Of a stretch of DNA of 64,000 bases, positions 26,160 through 38,659 are shown one piece after another (the first letter of the stretch is position 1; the number at the start of each line of letters is the position of its first letter). Source of the stretch: Scyliorhinus canicula (taxonomy: Eukaryota); assembly GCF_902713615.1 (NCBI RefSeq), contig NC_052147.1:138139885-138203884 (forward strand), given 5' to 3'. The position numbers and the translations under genes are program-made. Under the pieces are notes generated by a model that saw nothing but the letters and a program-made list of their open reading frames with translations, ran no database searches and was not told where the DNA came from.

Positions 26160-27142
26160 CTCCTTTATAAGCATATGCTATTAATTTTTCTGCTGGATTA
26201 TTGTTTTTCCTAACTTCCTTGCCGCTAGCGTTAATGTAGCTGGAGTGCAATTGTCAGGTGTATTATTTTCATCTTTTTGAAAAAGAATGTGAAGTATGCA
26301 ATCCTTGGCTCCTCTGGCACCATCCCTGCCGGTATCTGAGGACATTGGGACATTGTAACCAGCACCTGCAAAATTTCTACTTTTTTTTCTCAACAACCTG
26401 GGATGTAAACCCATCCAAACCAGGTGAAATAACCACTTCAGGTATTGCTAAGCTTTCTAGTACCTCCTTTTTAAAATTTATATCTCATCCAGCATCCCAA
26501 AAGCCTCCTCATTTTGCTACAGTTTCAACAAAGTCCTCTTTATTGATCAACACTGATGCGAAGCACTGATTTAGTGCCTCAACCTAGCCTGCTGACTCCA
26601 CCAATACATCTTAATTTTGGTCCCTAATCAGATCCATCACTTCTCTGACAACCATTTTACTGCTTATATGTGTAGAGAAGAACTTTAGATTCCCTTTTCA
26701 ATGAGCTGCCAATCTACTCTCATGCTGCCACCTTGCCCTTCTTATTTACTTTTTCACCTCTCCTCCACACCATTTATATTCAGCCTGATTCTCCCTGGCA
26801 TTATCAAGCTGGCATTTCTCATAGTTCCCCTGTTCCTGCTTCATCCAACTCTCTAACTCCTTCATCATGCAAGGAGCTCTGACTTTGGTTTCCCTCCCTT
26901 TCCTGGGATGTAGATCATACCCAAACCATTTCCTCGACAAAGACCACTCGTTTCACCATTGCATTTCTGTCTGACTGTCTTTTCACCTATTTACCTGTGC
27001 CAGAGACTTCTTTAATTGGTCAAACTAGCCTTCTGCCAGTTCAGTAATTTAATTCTAGATTTCTCCTTGTCCTTTTCCGTAATCAATTTAAGCCTTTTCA
27101 AAATAATTTCATGGGTTGTGGGTGTCGCTGGCTAGGCTAGCA

Positions 27143-29235
27143 CTTTTTAAAATAATATTTTATTCCTAACATATTAAAAAGTACAAAATCATAAATAAAT
27201 CAAAGTTTGTACAAGTTTTTCCCCCTTTTCACCTCTTCCCCCGTTCCCCTCTCTCCTTCCCCCTCCAGCCCCCCACAACAAACAACTCCTCAAACATGGT
27301 CAACCCGTGTCTCAAAGCCCTCCGTTTATCCCCTCAATTCAAATTTTCTAGTTTCCAGCCGGAGAAAGTTGCACAGGTGCCCCAGCCAGGTGGCGTTGTT
27401 GACCGTCATTCGAACAGAATCCTTCGCCAGGCAACAAGAGAGGCGAAGGCCACAACATCAGCCTTCCTCCCCTCCATCAGCTCCGCCATTTCTGATACCC
27501 CAGAAATCGCTACCATTGGGTCCGGCCCGGCCTCTACCCCACAATCTTTGATAACGTCCCAAACACATCCTCCCAATATCTCTCCACGTTCTCGCAGCCC
27601 CAGAACATATGTGCGTGATTTGCTAGTCCTCGACCACACTTCTCACACTTGTCTACCATCCCCTGCAAGAACCCACTCATCCTCGCACCACCACACTATG
27701 CACCACCTTAAACTGAATAAACCTTATCCTCACGCATGAGGAGGTTGAATTCACCCTATGCATCGCCTCACTCCATATTCCCCAACCAATCTCCCCCCCC
27801 CCCCCCCCCCCCCCCCCCCCAGCCCCTCCTCCCATTTCTCCTTAATTCTCCCCACCTGAGCTCCCTCCTGCTCCCCCAGCCACTTGTATATATGCCAAAT
27901 CCTACCCTCCCCATCCACATCCAGGAGCTGCAACCGCTCCAACAGGGTATACTCCGGCTGATTGGGAAATCCTCTCCATTCCTTCTGCGCAAAGTCCCTC
28001 ACTTGCTTATACTTGAGCAAGCTCAAACCTCTCCCGCAGCTCTTCCAGACTTGCAACCTCTCCTCCAGGTATAGATCCCTCACACCAGCCCCACTTCCTA
28101 TACATGCCATCCATCCCCCCAGGCTTAAACGCACGGTTCCTGTTGTGTTGAGTGGTGCCACCTATCATAAGAATACACACAAAGCATATATGTGTTCAAC
28201 TAGCACAATGATTTATTGTCAAACACGTGGAAGGATAGCAAACAGAAATATATATATATATATATATACAGACAAAGTTACTTGGTTGGGGGTCGCATTA
28301 CTAACTATGTACATTGTTCTTTGTTCTATATCATTCACCAACATATCACCACAGTCCCCACACAGTGGTGTTAGAACCGACATTCCTTCCATCCTAAAGT
28401 GTCTCCTCAACTGATTTCACACCGTAATCGTCAACTGTACCACTGGCCTTTCTGTGTACCTCCCTGGTGCAGCATAAGCACCACCGTCACTACGGCCCTC
28501 AGGCTGGACCCCCAACAGGTCCTCCTCCATCCTGAACCATTATAACTTCTCTCCTTTCCACCACCGCCTCACCTTCTCCGCATTCTCCGCCCAATAATAG
28601 TGCAGCAGATTTGGTAACACCAACCCCCTTTTTGCCACTGCCTCTGTAGCAGGGCCCTCTTCATCCTAGGCACCTTTCCTGCCCATATAAGCTCCGATAT
28701 CGCTGCATCCAGTTTCCGGAAAAGACCTAAAAATATCTAAACCTATCCCTGGCCACCCTAAATGTCAACACCTCCATTCCCCTCTACAGTCCGCCATCCT
28801 CCCCTACAGATTCTGTCCCCTTTAATTTCACCCTAAACTTCTTCTCCATCCATGACCTTGCTCCTACTCCAGCACTGCCAGTCGCATCCCCCTCCACCCC
28901 CTACCACTCCCTCCACCCCTCCCTCCTCCACACTTGGCCAATCCCCGTGGCCACCTTCCCCACCTCACTTCCATTTACTAGCATTACCTGCCAGCGTGGC
29001 AGCTCTTGCTCAAAGGCTCGTCCTATCCACCCCTCCCCCCACCATTTCCTCCTTGGTCTGTGCACACGGCTCCCTATGGACCCCACCCTCCCCCACACAA
29101 ACGAAGACACATCCAAAACCACAGGTTATCCCCCTCGAAAAAGTGGGGGAGGTAGTTGCCCCCTTACAAACCTATTGCCCCTGAGCAAATAATTACAACA
29201 ACAAAATAACCCCACCTGAGAAGAGATAACCCCCA

Positions 29236-29266
<31 letters not shown>

Positions 29267-30368
29267 ACCCTCCAGCCCCCACAACTCCAAACTCTGTTGT
29301 TCCAGCTCCTCCAGCTCCCATCAGCATTCAGTTCTCTCCCAGTTATGGTCTCTTATGAAGTCATTGGCCTCCTCTGCGGTTTCAAGATAGTATTCCCGGC
29401 CTTCAAAAGTCACCCACAGTTTCACCGGGTACAGTACCCCAAACCTGAGTTGCCTTTGGTGTAGAACCGCTTTGGCTTTGTTAAACCCGACGTGCCTCTT
29501 CATCAGCTCTGCTCCAATATCCTGATAGATTCAGACCTTGTTCTCACCCGTTCGCAGTTCCACTTCTCCCTGGCCCACCGCAGAATCGTCTCCTTTTCCA
29601 CAAACTTATGGAGCCTTACAATCACCACCCGCAGTGGCTCCCCGTACTCGGCTTCTGCCTTAGGGACCTGGGCGCTCTGTCCCTCTTTGGAGCCTTGTCC
29701 AGCACCCCCTCTGCTACCAGCCCTGCCAACTTCCTTGAGACGTATCTCATGGTAATGGCGCCTTCCACAACCTCAGGCAAGCCAGTAGGACATAGGTTCT
29801 GCCTTCTAGATCTGTAATCCTGCTCCTCTACCTTTGCCCTTAATGACTTGCAAAGGTCCCCCAGGAGCCCATCTCCTCCTCCAATGCCATCACTTGATCA
29901 CTCTAATCAGACATCACTGTCTCCATCTCCTGGATCTGCGAGCCCCTGTACCTCCAAGCACTTCTCAACTCTCTCCATCGAGCATTTCAGGGGTGCTACC
30001 GCTCCCTCGATGGCCTTCGATTGATCCTCATGCATCTCCTTTGTTTGTTGGCAGAACTCCTCTCTGATGAATGCCATCAGCTGCTCCTGGGGTTTTCCAA
30101 CTTGCGATGAACCTTCCCCCTCTGCCATCTTTCCAGTTGTTGCTGTGCCACAGGTCTCCTCCAATTACTTGGCCAGATCTTTAACCTTCTTCTGCCGGGT
30201 CTAGTAACCAGAAGACATGCTACACCCGGGGGAACCTCTTCTTAACACCTTTAGCTGCACTTTCCTGTCGAAGTTCCCCCGCTTTCAGGTAGAAAGAGCT
30301 CAAATCAAAGCCTTCGAGCCGAAGCTGCCTTGTGTGTGACCACTCACTCCATGACTGCTACCGGAAGT
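27143..30368 (-). mobile_element. L1-like LINE retaining 5' end, ORF1 and ORF2 C-terminus; EN and most of RT missing
   Basis: ORF1 remnant (FNKAKAVL..LYPVKLWVTFEGREYY) and ORF2 tail (FASLVAWRRIL). 15-bp TSD CTGGCTAGGC[T/C]AGCA at 27128-27142 and 30369-30383. Confidence 0.8.
28141..28353 (-). mobile_element. Short solo LTR nested in the L1
   Basis: TGTTGTG ... CACCACA termini, 4-bp flanks TTCC/GTCC, internal (TA)n; L1 sequence resumes after it. Confidence 0.55.
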
Positions 30369-31179
30369 CTGGCTAGGCCAGCATTTAATGTCCATTATTA
30401 ACTGCCCTTGAGAAGCTGATGGTAGTGAGCCACTTTCTTGAACTGCTTCAATCCATGTGGTATTGATACGCCCACAATGGTGTAAGGGAGGGAATTCCAG
30501 GATTGACCCAGTGACAGTGAAGGAACAGTAAGATAGTTCCAAATCAGGATGGTGTGTGTCTTGGAGGGAAACTTGCAAATGGTGGTGTTCCATTGTGTCT
30601 GCTGCCCTAGTCCTTCTAGGTGGAAGAGGTCACAGGTTTGGGAGCTGCTATGATTCTATGTTCACTATTTCCAAGATGGTTCCCCACTATGACATTCACC
30701 ACTAGGGTTAGAACCAGCAATATCTTTATTATACAGGAGACATAAAGTCCCCCTGAACATTCTTCATAAATTCCTCCCGTTTCTGCCATTAAGACAATCT
30801 CTGGGAGACAATAAGGTCTCCCATTATCATTACTTTATAGTTCATGCGCCTCTCAGTAATTTCCCCGCAAATTTGCTCCTCCATCTCCTTCCCATTATTT
30901 AGTGACTCATAAAATACACCAACAGCATAATAACCCTTGTACTTACCTAACTTCCCTTTAAATGCACCTTAATCAGTCCATATGGTGGCAACTTCTCCAT
31001 TCCTAGCCCTCTCTGGATAAAGAAGCTTCTTCTAAACTCCTTATTGAATTTGGTAGTGATTGTCTTATGTTCATGGGCCCTAGTTTTGGACTCTCTTAGA
31101 AGGGAATCAACTTTTCGATGTCAACCCTATTGAAACCTATCATGATGAAACCTTAAATAAAGACCTGTCCACATAGGTT

Positions 31180-31435
31180 AACCTAAAAGATCCCATTGCA
31201 TTATTTTGATGGTGACCAGGGGGTTCTCCCCAACATTTACTCCTCAATTAGCATCACTGAAAGCAGATTATCTGCTGTTATCAAATTAAGTGTTTTTGTG
31301 GGATCCTACTGTGCACTGTTGCCTTTGGCGTATCCTACATTTTCAATAGCAGGTATTTTCAAACAGTATTTCATTGACTGTAAGGCGCTTTGGATGTTGT
31401 GAGGAAGAGAAAGGCACTATATAAATGAAGGCCCT
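31180..31435 (+). mobile_element. Deu-domain SINE 3' half
   Basis: AAAAGATCCCATTGCA ... CAGATTATCTG ... TGTAAGGCGCTTTGG ... AAAGGCACTATATAAATG. Confidence 0.7.
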
Positions 31436-32324
31436 TTTTCTCTATCAGGTTGCCTCGCTCTCAGTCTTCCCTTTTCCAGAGAAAAGAGCTTCAGCCTATT
31501 CAGAGTTTGTCCAAATGGATTTGAAAAGGACTGTTTCAAAACCAAGATCAAAAATAATATGCTAATTTTGCAATAGTATTTACCCTGGGGTGATAAGAGG
31601 TGTGCTTGTACTGCATTACCCAACTATGAGGTGTAGTCACCCTGTGAAATAATAGATTGTTAGGGAACAATGTTCATGATTATACTGCATCTACAATTAA
31701 TTCAAATCTACTGCAATGGGGGAATCCTAATAATAAAATTAAATACAAGAAAAATTTTAAATTTAAACAGAGCATGCTGGAAATACATAGCACCTCCATT
31801 AGCGTGTGAAAAGAAAAGAACAGTTTAATGATTCTAATGCAGTTCCAATTCAGAACTGTTTTCACAATGTAATGTGTTATTTTATTTTCTATGTTTGTTT
31901 TGCCGAACAAACATTTATATGTTTTGCTTAATTTCTGGCTTTTAAGAGTGTCTTAGGTTCGCAATATTTGCAGTAAACAGTATAGCGACATGTATACAAA
32001 AATATAATTTGTTTAGGTAAAATTGTACTTCAACAAGCTTTTAGAAAGATATACACATTCAATCAATTCTAAATTGTGTATGCTTCAGTTTGTAGGACTT
32101 TGGTTATCTGTGTGGTTGCTTTATTCCTTATTTATAGACAGGAATTACATTATCGGTTTTCTCTATTATTGTCTTGTCTTTTGAGTTTTAAATGCCACTT
32201 AAGCTCTGGTATTGTGATAATTACTTTGAAGAAAATTTGCATTTGTCTCTTGATAATAGACCCGTAGGAAAACTGCTTATTGAAAAACTTTTCCTCATCT
32301 ACTGCACATGACAAATGGTTTCCA

Positions 32325-33422
32325 TGTGGAGACCCATCCTATTTCTCCGTGTAAGATTGGATTCCAGGGGTCACAGACGATTCATGAGTCGAGAAGATTT
32401 ACAAGCGATTTATTAAGAAATCATAATTGAAATTCAGAATAAGGACACAGAATATGACCTGTAACAGGTGAGGATGGTTTACAGGCATGGTGTTCCATGC
32501 TCGTCCACCCCGACCCCACGGCCCACTTCCTGGCCATCCCCCGCTATTCCCCCCTGGCCCTGGCAGAAGCCCTCGGCCAGCGGCACAACTGTCAGCAAAC
32601 TATGGTGACATTGGACACTTTCCGTAGCCCCCCCCCCCACTCCCTCAGCAGCCATGGCACCTGTTTTCCGATTTTTGAAACCACAAGTGAACCTCGTCAT
32701 AGGTAATTCCTCTTGGCGGAGCATTGCAGAAACCCCGGAGAATACCAGGTCACGCCAGCTAATGATATGCCAACTGTACGTGCGGAGTAGAAAGCATTGA
32801 CACTGCTGTCTAGGTACCGGAGCATGGCATTCTGGAGGGCACCCGACGACGACCACGATTTTGGCCTCACAACCGATTCTCCACCCAATCACCTTTCCCG
32901 ATTTCAGCGTTGGCTGATGGAGAATCCCACCCATTATCCTTTGGTCCTCTCTCCAACTGGCTGCAGTTGTTAAGCCAACGCTAGCATGGAGGCTTTTCCA
33001 CCTCCAACATGATCTTTCCCCCTGGGCTGCCTGTTTATATATGTTATCTTCACTCATTCAATCGCACCTTCTCATTCAATTGTCCAATACCAGGGGATGG
33101 GTACCCAAGTTGAACTCATGCTACTTTAACTCCTAGGCAATTAGATCACCCTTGGCCTATCTCTTATATGGTCATATTGCTATCTTCTTTCAGACAGCTT
33201 GTGTTAGATATTTGGATTTGAGATTAAATCTTATGAGGACCAGGAATGCCTACACAAAGGCCTGTGCTTAGAGTTATGCCCTTGGCAGAGATAGCAACCC
33301 TTGTGAAAAATCCTGACCATGCTGTTCTGTGTCTGCGTCAGCTCTGACAAGCTGCTGATTTAGAGAGAGCAGAGATTAATTTCTTAAGATTTAATAAGAC
33401 CATTATCCTATCATTTCTTACA
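32325..33422 (-). mobile_element. Probable solo LTR interrupted by a Harbinger MITE fragment (32478-32932)
   Basis: TG...CA termini (TGTGGAGA / TTTCTTACA), flanks TCCA/CCCA, minus-strand AATAAA near 32410. The MITE end GGAGAATCCCACCC is at 32932. Confidence 0.45.
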
Positions 33423-33596
33423 CCCATGCTTCATCAAGGATATTTGTCCCAAATATTCTGGGAATGAGTCTAAAACTCACAGGAGGCCAGTGGAACAGAT
33501 TAACAGAGTGCAATGGCAATTTTTCCAAGGACAATTCAATTTCTTCCATTTTCAGTTATAAAAAGGAAGGGCTAGCATTGATCCGGCTCCTTTCAT

Positions 33597-34408
33597 TTTT
33601 TTTTTTAAATACTTTTTATTGAAGAAATTTTTCAGAGTACAAACATTTTAACCCCCCCCACATGTGAGTTATATCAAAACAAAGTCAAACCCCCCTACTT
33701 AACAAGAATCCCCCCCACCCCCTACCCGCGCGCGCCCCCCGCCTCCCCCCCCCCCCGCCGACGAACCGGCCGCCAGACCATCTTGTCGTTTCTGGCAGTG
33801 TCCTCGGGCAGGCCTTGCCCGTGACACCACCGATACCGTGTTTCCTTCGTTTTTATCCCCCCTCCCCCCCCCCCCCTCCCCTCCCCCACACCCCCCCCCC
33901 CCCCTCCCTCCCGCCCTCCCCTCCCCTCCCGGGTTGCTGCTGTCACGACCTCGGTTTCTATCTCTGATCTAAGAGGTCCAGGAAGGGTTGCCATCGCCTG
34001 AAAAACCCCTGCACCAACCCTCTCAGGGCGAATTTGATTCTTTCCAATTGGATGAAGTTTGCCATGTCGTTTAACCAGGTGTTAACACTTGGAGGCCTTG
34101 CGTCCCTCCACTGAATCAAGATCCTCCTCCGAGCCACCAAGGACGCAAAGACTAATATTCCAGCCTCCCTCGCCTCCTGTACCCCCGGCTCCACCCCAAC
34201 CCCGAAGATCGCAAGTCCCCATCCTGGCTTGACCCTGGACCCCACCACTCTCGACACCGTCCCTGCCACCCCCTTCCAGAACTCCTCCAGTGCCGGACAT
34301 GCCCAAAACATGTGTGCATGATTCGCAGGGCTTCCCGAACATCTGACACACCTGTCTTCACCCCCGAAAAACCGACTCATCCTTGTCCCCGTCATGTGGG
34401 CTCTATGC
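33597..34408 (-). mobile_element. Young 5'-truncated L1-like insertion
   Basis: Perfect 17-bp TSD GATCCGGCTCCTTTCAT (33580-33596, 34409-34425); open ORF2 C-terminus with CCHC knuckle (CVRC..HMFWAC); G-rich 3' UTR, AATAAA and poly(A). Confidence 0.9.
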
Positions 34409-34639
34409 GATCCGGCTCCTTTCATAACCTCAGAATATCCCAACACACTTCATAGCCGATGAAATACTTTTGACATGGAGCCACTTTTGTAATGTAGGGA
34501 AGTGAATGAATGCCTTGGAAGAGTTGAAGAATTGAATTGCCGTCTGCAATTTTCAATGATTTCCACAGTGTAGAGGCTGAGCATGGTGTCAGGATGATGA
34601 ATCAAATACTCTTTCCAAACATCTTTGGCTCAGTATGTT

Positions 34640-35000
34640 ATAGATCATAGATCATTGAATTTACAGTGCAGAAGGAGGCCATTCGGCCCATCGAGTATGC
34701 ACTGGTCCTTGGAAAGAGCACCCTCCCCAAGCCCATACCAGCACCCTATCCCCACACCTCCACCCTATCCCTGTAACCCCACCTAACCTTTTTTGGACAC
34801 AAAGGGCAATTTAGCATAGCCAATGCACCTAACCTACACATCTTTGGACTGTGGGAGGAAACCGGAGCACCCAGAGGAAACCCACGCAGACACGGGGAGA
34901 ACGTGCAGACTCCAAACAGACAGTGACCCAAGCCAGGAATCGAACCTGGGACCCTAGAGCTGTGAAGAAACTGTGTTAACCACTATGCTACTGGGCTGTT
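34640..35000 (-). mobile_element. HE1/V-like SINE
   Basis: Full head, core and tail on the minus strand. Confidence 0.85.
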
Positions 35001-35868
35001 CTCAGGGGTCTGGAAGGAACATCGACTTTAAAAAATAAAAGGACAAGGGCATTCACCTGACACAAGGAATGCAGATGGTAGGTTCCAGACTGATCACTTT
35101 ATTATCTTTTTGGAACTAAACTGTCTGTAATTTATCCTTTGACAAGTGCAGGCCATGTTTGCCAATGCCCCATGTAATCTAGCATATCACTTTAGAAAAT
35201 CAATCATCTTTGAAGTTTGGGCTATAAAAGCCTGTCACACACTAATGAATTGAATTTAAGTACCCAGACCATAACAACTGGGAACATGTGGCTGCATCTA
35301 TAGTTACCGACTGACAGTGATAAGATTCTGAATCGGATACCTTAGTGAAGTAGCTCACCAAACGCAACATAATTTGAATATTGCTGTAAAAGCAATGTAC
35401 TGTTGAGGTTTCCCATCGTGTAGTCATCAAGACACACAAGAATGCCAAATTTCAAAGGAAGCAACAATTTGTAATGCATAAACAAAGACTGATGATTGGT
35501 TGACAAGTCGACTGATTAGTCAAAGTATTTCCATGGAGAATGCACCTGGGAGATATTGGCCCACACACTTCTATTTAATTCAAAAAGGCACAATCGCTGG
35601 ACATGTTCCTTTTGCTGACAGAGGATTGTCCCTGTGTATAAATATATACAACTTCTAGCAAGCAGAGGTGAGCCACATTGCATGCCGAACTGATAATCTT
35701 CAATTGGTTATTAGTGTAATTCCTAGCACATTCAGGATTGTTCAGCAGTGCTATCTAATTGCAGAATCCTATCTAATGTGAAAAATTATGGTCTTGGTTG
35801 AAGAGCATGGGTTGTTTAACTAAGGTCATTACTCTGCCTATTACAGACAGCCAAAGGGACATGCTGTT

Positions 35869-36870
35869 TGATACATTGATGATTTGGAGTTGGGGACCAA
35901 GGGCAATGTGTCCAAGTTTGCAGATGACACTAAGATGAGTGGTAAAGCGAAAAGTGCAGAGGATACTGGAAGTCTGCAGAGGGATTTGGATAGGTTAAGT
36001 GAATGGGCTCGGGTCTGGCAGATGGAATACAATGTTGACAAATGTGAGGTTATCCATTTTGGTAGGAATAACAGCAAACGGGATTATTATTTAAACGATA
36101 AAATATTAAAGCATGCCGCTGTTCAGAGAGACTTGGGTGTGCTAGTGCATGAGTCACAGAAGGTTGGTTTACAAGTGCAACAGGTGATTAAGAAGGCAAA
36201 TGGAATTTTGTCCTTCATTGCTAGAGGGATGGAGTTTAAGACTAGGGAGGTTATGTTGCAATTGTATAAGGTGTTAGTGCGGCCACACCTGGAGTATTGT
36301 GTTCAGTTTTGGTCTCCTTACTTGAGAAAGGACGTACTGGCGCTGGAGGGTGTGCAGAGGAGATTCACTAGGTTAATCCCAGAGCTGAAGGGGTTGGATT
36401 ATGAGGAGAGGTTGAGTAGACTGGGACTGTACTCGTTGGAATTTAGAAGGATGAGGGGGGATCTTATAGAAACATTTAAAATTATGAAGGGAATAGATAG
36501 GATAGATGCGGGCAGGTTGTTTCCACTGGCGGGTGACAGCAGAACTAGGGGGCATAGCCTCAAAATAAGGGGAAGTAGATGTAGGACTGAGTTTAGGAGG
36601 AACTTCTTCACCCAAAGGGTTGTGAATCTATGGAATTCCTTGCCCAGTGAAGCAGTTGAGGCTCCTTCATTACATGTTTTTAAGGTAAAGATAGATAGTT
36701 TTTTGAAGAATAAAGGGATTAAGGGTTATGGTGTTCGGGCCGGAAAGTGGAGCTGAGTCCACAAAAGATCAGCCATGATTTAATTGAATGGCGGAGCAGG
36801 CTCGAGGGGCCAGATGGCCTACTCCTGCTCCTAGTTCTTATGTTCTTATGTTCTTATTATGTTCTTATGT
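35869..36870 (+). mobile_element. Young 5'-truncated CR1 LINE with open 290-aa ORF2 C-terminus (35884-36756)
   Basis: SKFADDTK catalytic motif, LVRPHLEYCVQFWSP and RRNFFTQRVVNLWNSLP; (TTCTTATG)n tail. Confidence 0.92.
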
Positions 36871-37199
36871 ACCTGACATCATACCAGCACTGAAACTCAC
36901 ATACTGCATTACTCATTTGTATGGTCGGTAGATCATCTTTTGAGCTTGACAGCAGAATCATGTTAGTGGAAAATACCATCTGTGTTGCTACTGCATAGTA
37001 ACAATGCGAAACAGCTAACTTGTTCAAATTTTTGAAACAAGTTACTCTTCCGTGGTCATTTGAGGTAGACTGGGCACTTTTCAGGTCTGAAAGTGGTGGT
37101 TTTAGGCTCATTCATGAGTATGTATGATAGACATTGAATAATAATCTGATCTAAGTAGCCATTATACAGCAGGATCACATTGATGATCGCTGTTTCGGT

Positions 37200-38650
37200 G
37201 ACTTCCGGTGAAGGCCATGGAGTGTGTGGTCGCACACAGGGCATCTCCGGCTCGATGGCGTTCGTTTGTGCTCTTTTTACCCGAAAGTGGAGTACTTTCG
37301 ACAGAAAAGTGTAGTTGAAGGTGTGCACGAGAAGTTGCCCCCCTGTATGGCTTGCCTGCTGGTTACCAGTCCCAGCAGAAAAAGGTTAAGGACCTGGCCA
37401 AGGAATTGGAGGAGACCTGTGGAGCAAAGTAATTGGGAAGATGGTGGAGGAGGAAAGGTTGTCGCAAGTTAGAAATCTCCAGATGGAGCAGTTGGTGCCA
37501 TTTATTAAAGAAGGGCAGCATGGTAGCACAGTGGATAGCACTGTGGCTTCACAATGCCAAGGTCCCAGGTTTGATTCTTCGATTCCCTGCTGGGTCACTG
37601 TCAGTGCGGAGTCTGCACGTTCTCACCTTGTCAGCGTGGGTTTCCTCCGGGTGCTCCGCTTTCCTCCCACAGTCCAAAGACGTGCAGGTTAGGTGGATTG
37701 GCCATGATAAATTGCCCTTAGTGTCCAAAAAGGTTAGGATGGATAATTGGGTTATGGAGATAGGTTGGAAATGAGGGTTTAAGTGGGTCGGTGCAGACTT
37801 AATGGGCCGAATGGCCTCCTTCTGCACTGTATGCTCTATGACTATGACTAAGAGTTTTACCAGTGATGGAAGGAGGTGCATGAGGATCGGTCAAAGGCCA
37901 TTGAGGGAGCTGTAGCACCCCTGAAAGGATTGGTAGAGCGAGTTGAGAAATGTCTGGAGGTACAGGGGTCACAGTTCTGGGAGATGGGGAAGGTGATGTC
38001 CAATCACAGTAATCGGGTGTTGAAGGTGGTGGTGGGGCTCCAGGGGGACCTTTGCAAGTCACGAAGGGCAAAAGTAGAGGAGCAGAAGAACAGATCCAGA
38101 AGGCAGAATCTGCATATCGTTGGACTGCCAGAAGGTGTGGAAGTGCCATGAGATACGTTTCAAGGATGCTGGTGGGGCTGGTGGCAGAGGGGGTGCTGGA
38201 CAAGGCCCCAGAGAAGCATAGAGCGGACAGGACCCTAAGGCAAAAGCCGAGAGCGGTGGAGTCACCGTGGGCGATGATTGTGAGGCTCCACAAGTTTGTG
38301 GAGAAGGAAAAGATCTTGCAATGTGCCAGGGAGAAGCCGAACTGCAAATGGGAGGGTCCGGGTCCGAATTTACCAAGATTTTGGTGCAAAGCTGGTGAAG
38401 AGCCATGCCGGATTTAACAAGGCTAAAGCAGTGCTATATCGAAGGAAGATTCATTTTGGGGTACTGTACCCGCCGAAACTATGGGTAACTATTGATGGTC
38501 GGGAGTACTATTTTGAAACTCCAGATGAGGCCAATGACTTCATAAGAGACCATAAATTGGGAGATAACTGAATGTTGATGGGAGATGGAGGAGCTGGAAA
38601 AGCAGCAGTCAGAAGATGTGGGTATTGTGGGGGCCGGTGGTTGGGGGGCT
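37200..38650 (+). mobile_element. L1-like 5' UTR and ORF1 remnant, interrupted by an HE1 SINE (37513-37848)
   Basis: 5' motif GACTTCCGG; ORF1 motifs NRSRRQNLHIVGLPEG, RIYQDF and LYPPKLWVT; homologous to 29320-30368. Confidence 0.8.
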
Positions 38651-38659
38651 TTTGGGTTG

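Larger units (their letters stand above)
25610..27090 (-). mobile_element. Degenerate CR1 LINE (RT region)
   Basis: Minus-strand motifs KSRLTNLIE, EKVPH, HINGLDLG..SKFSDDMKL and GLHPRLL, with many frameshifts. Confidence 0.75.

Noticed and set aside
27793-27820. Long poly-C/poly-G runs (also ~5565-5620, 29237-29266, 48872-48890)
   Set aside because: Homopolymers mostly inside TEs; their length is error-prone and no function can be supported.
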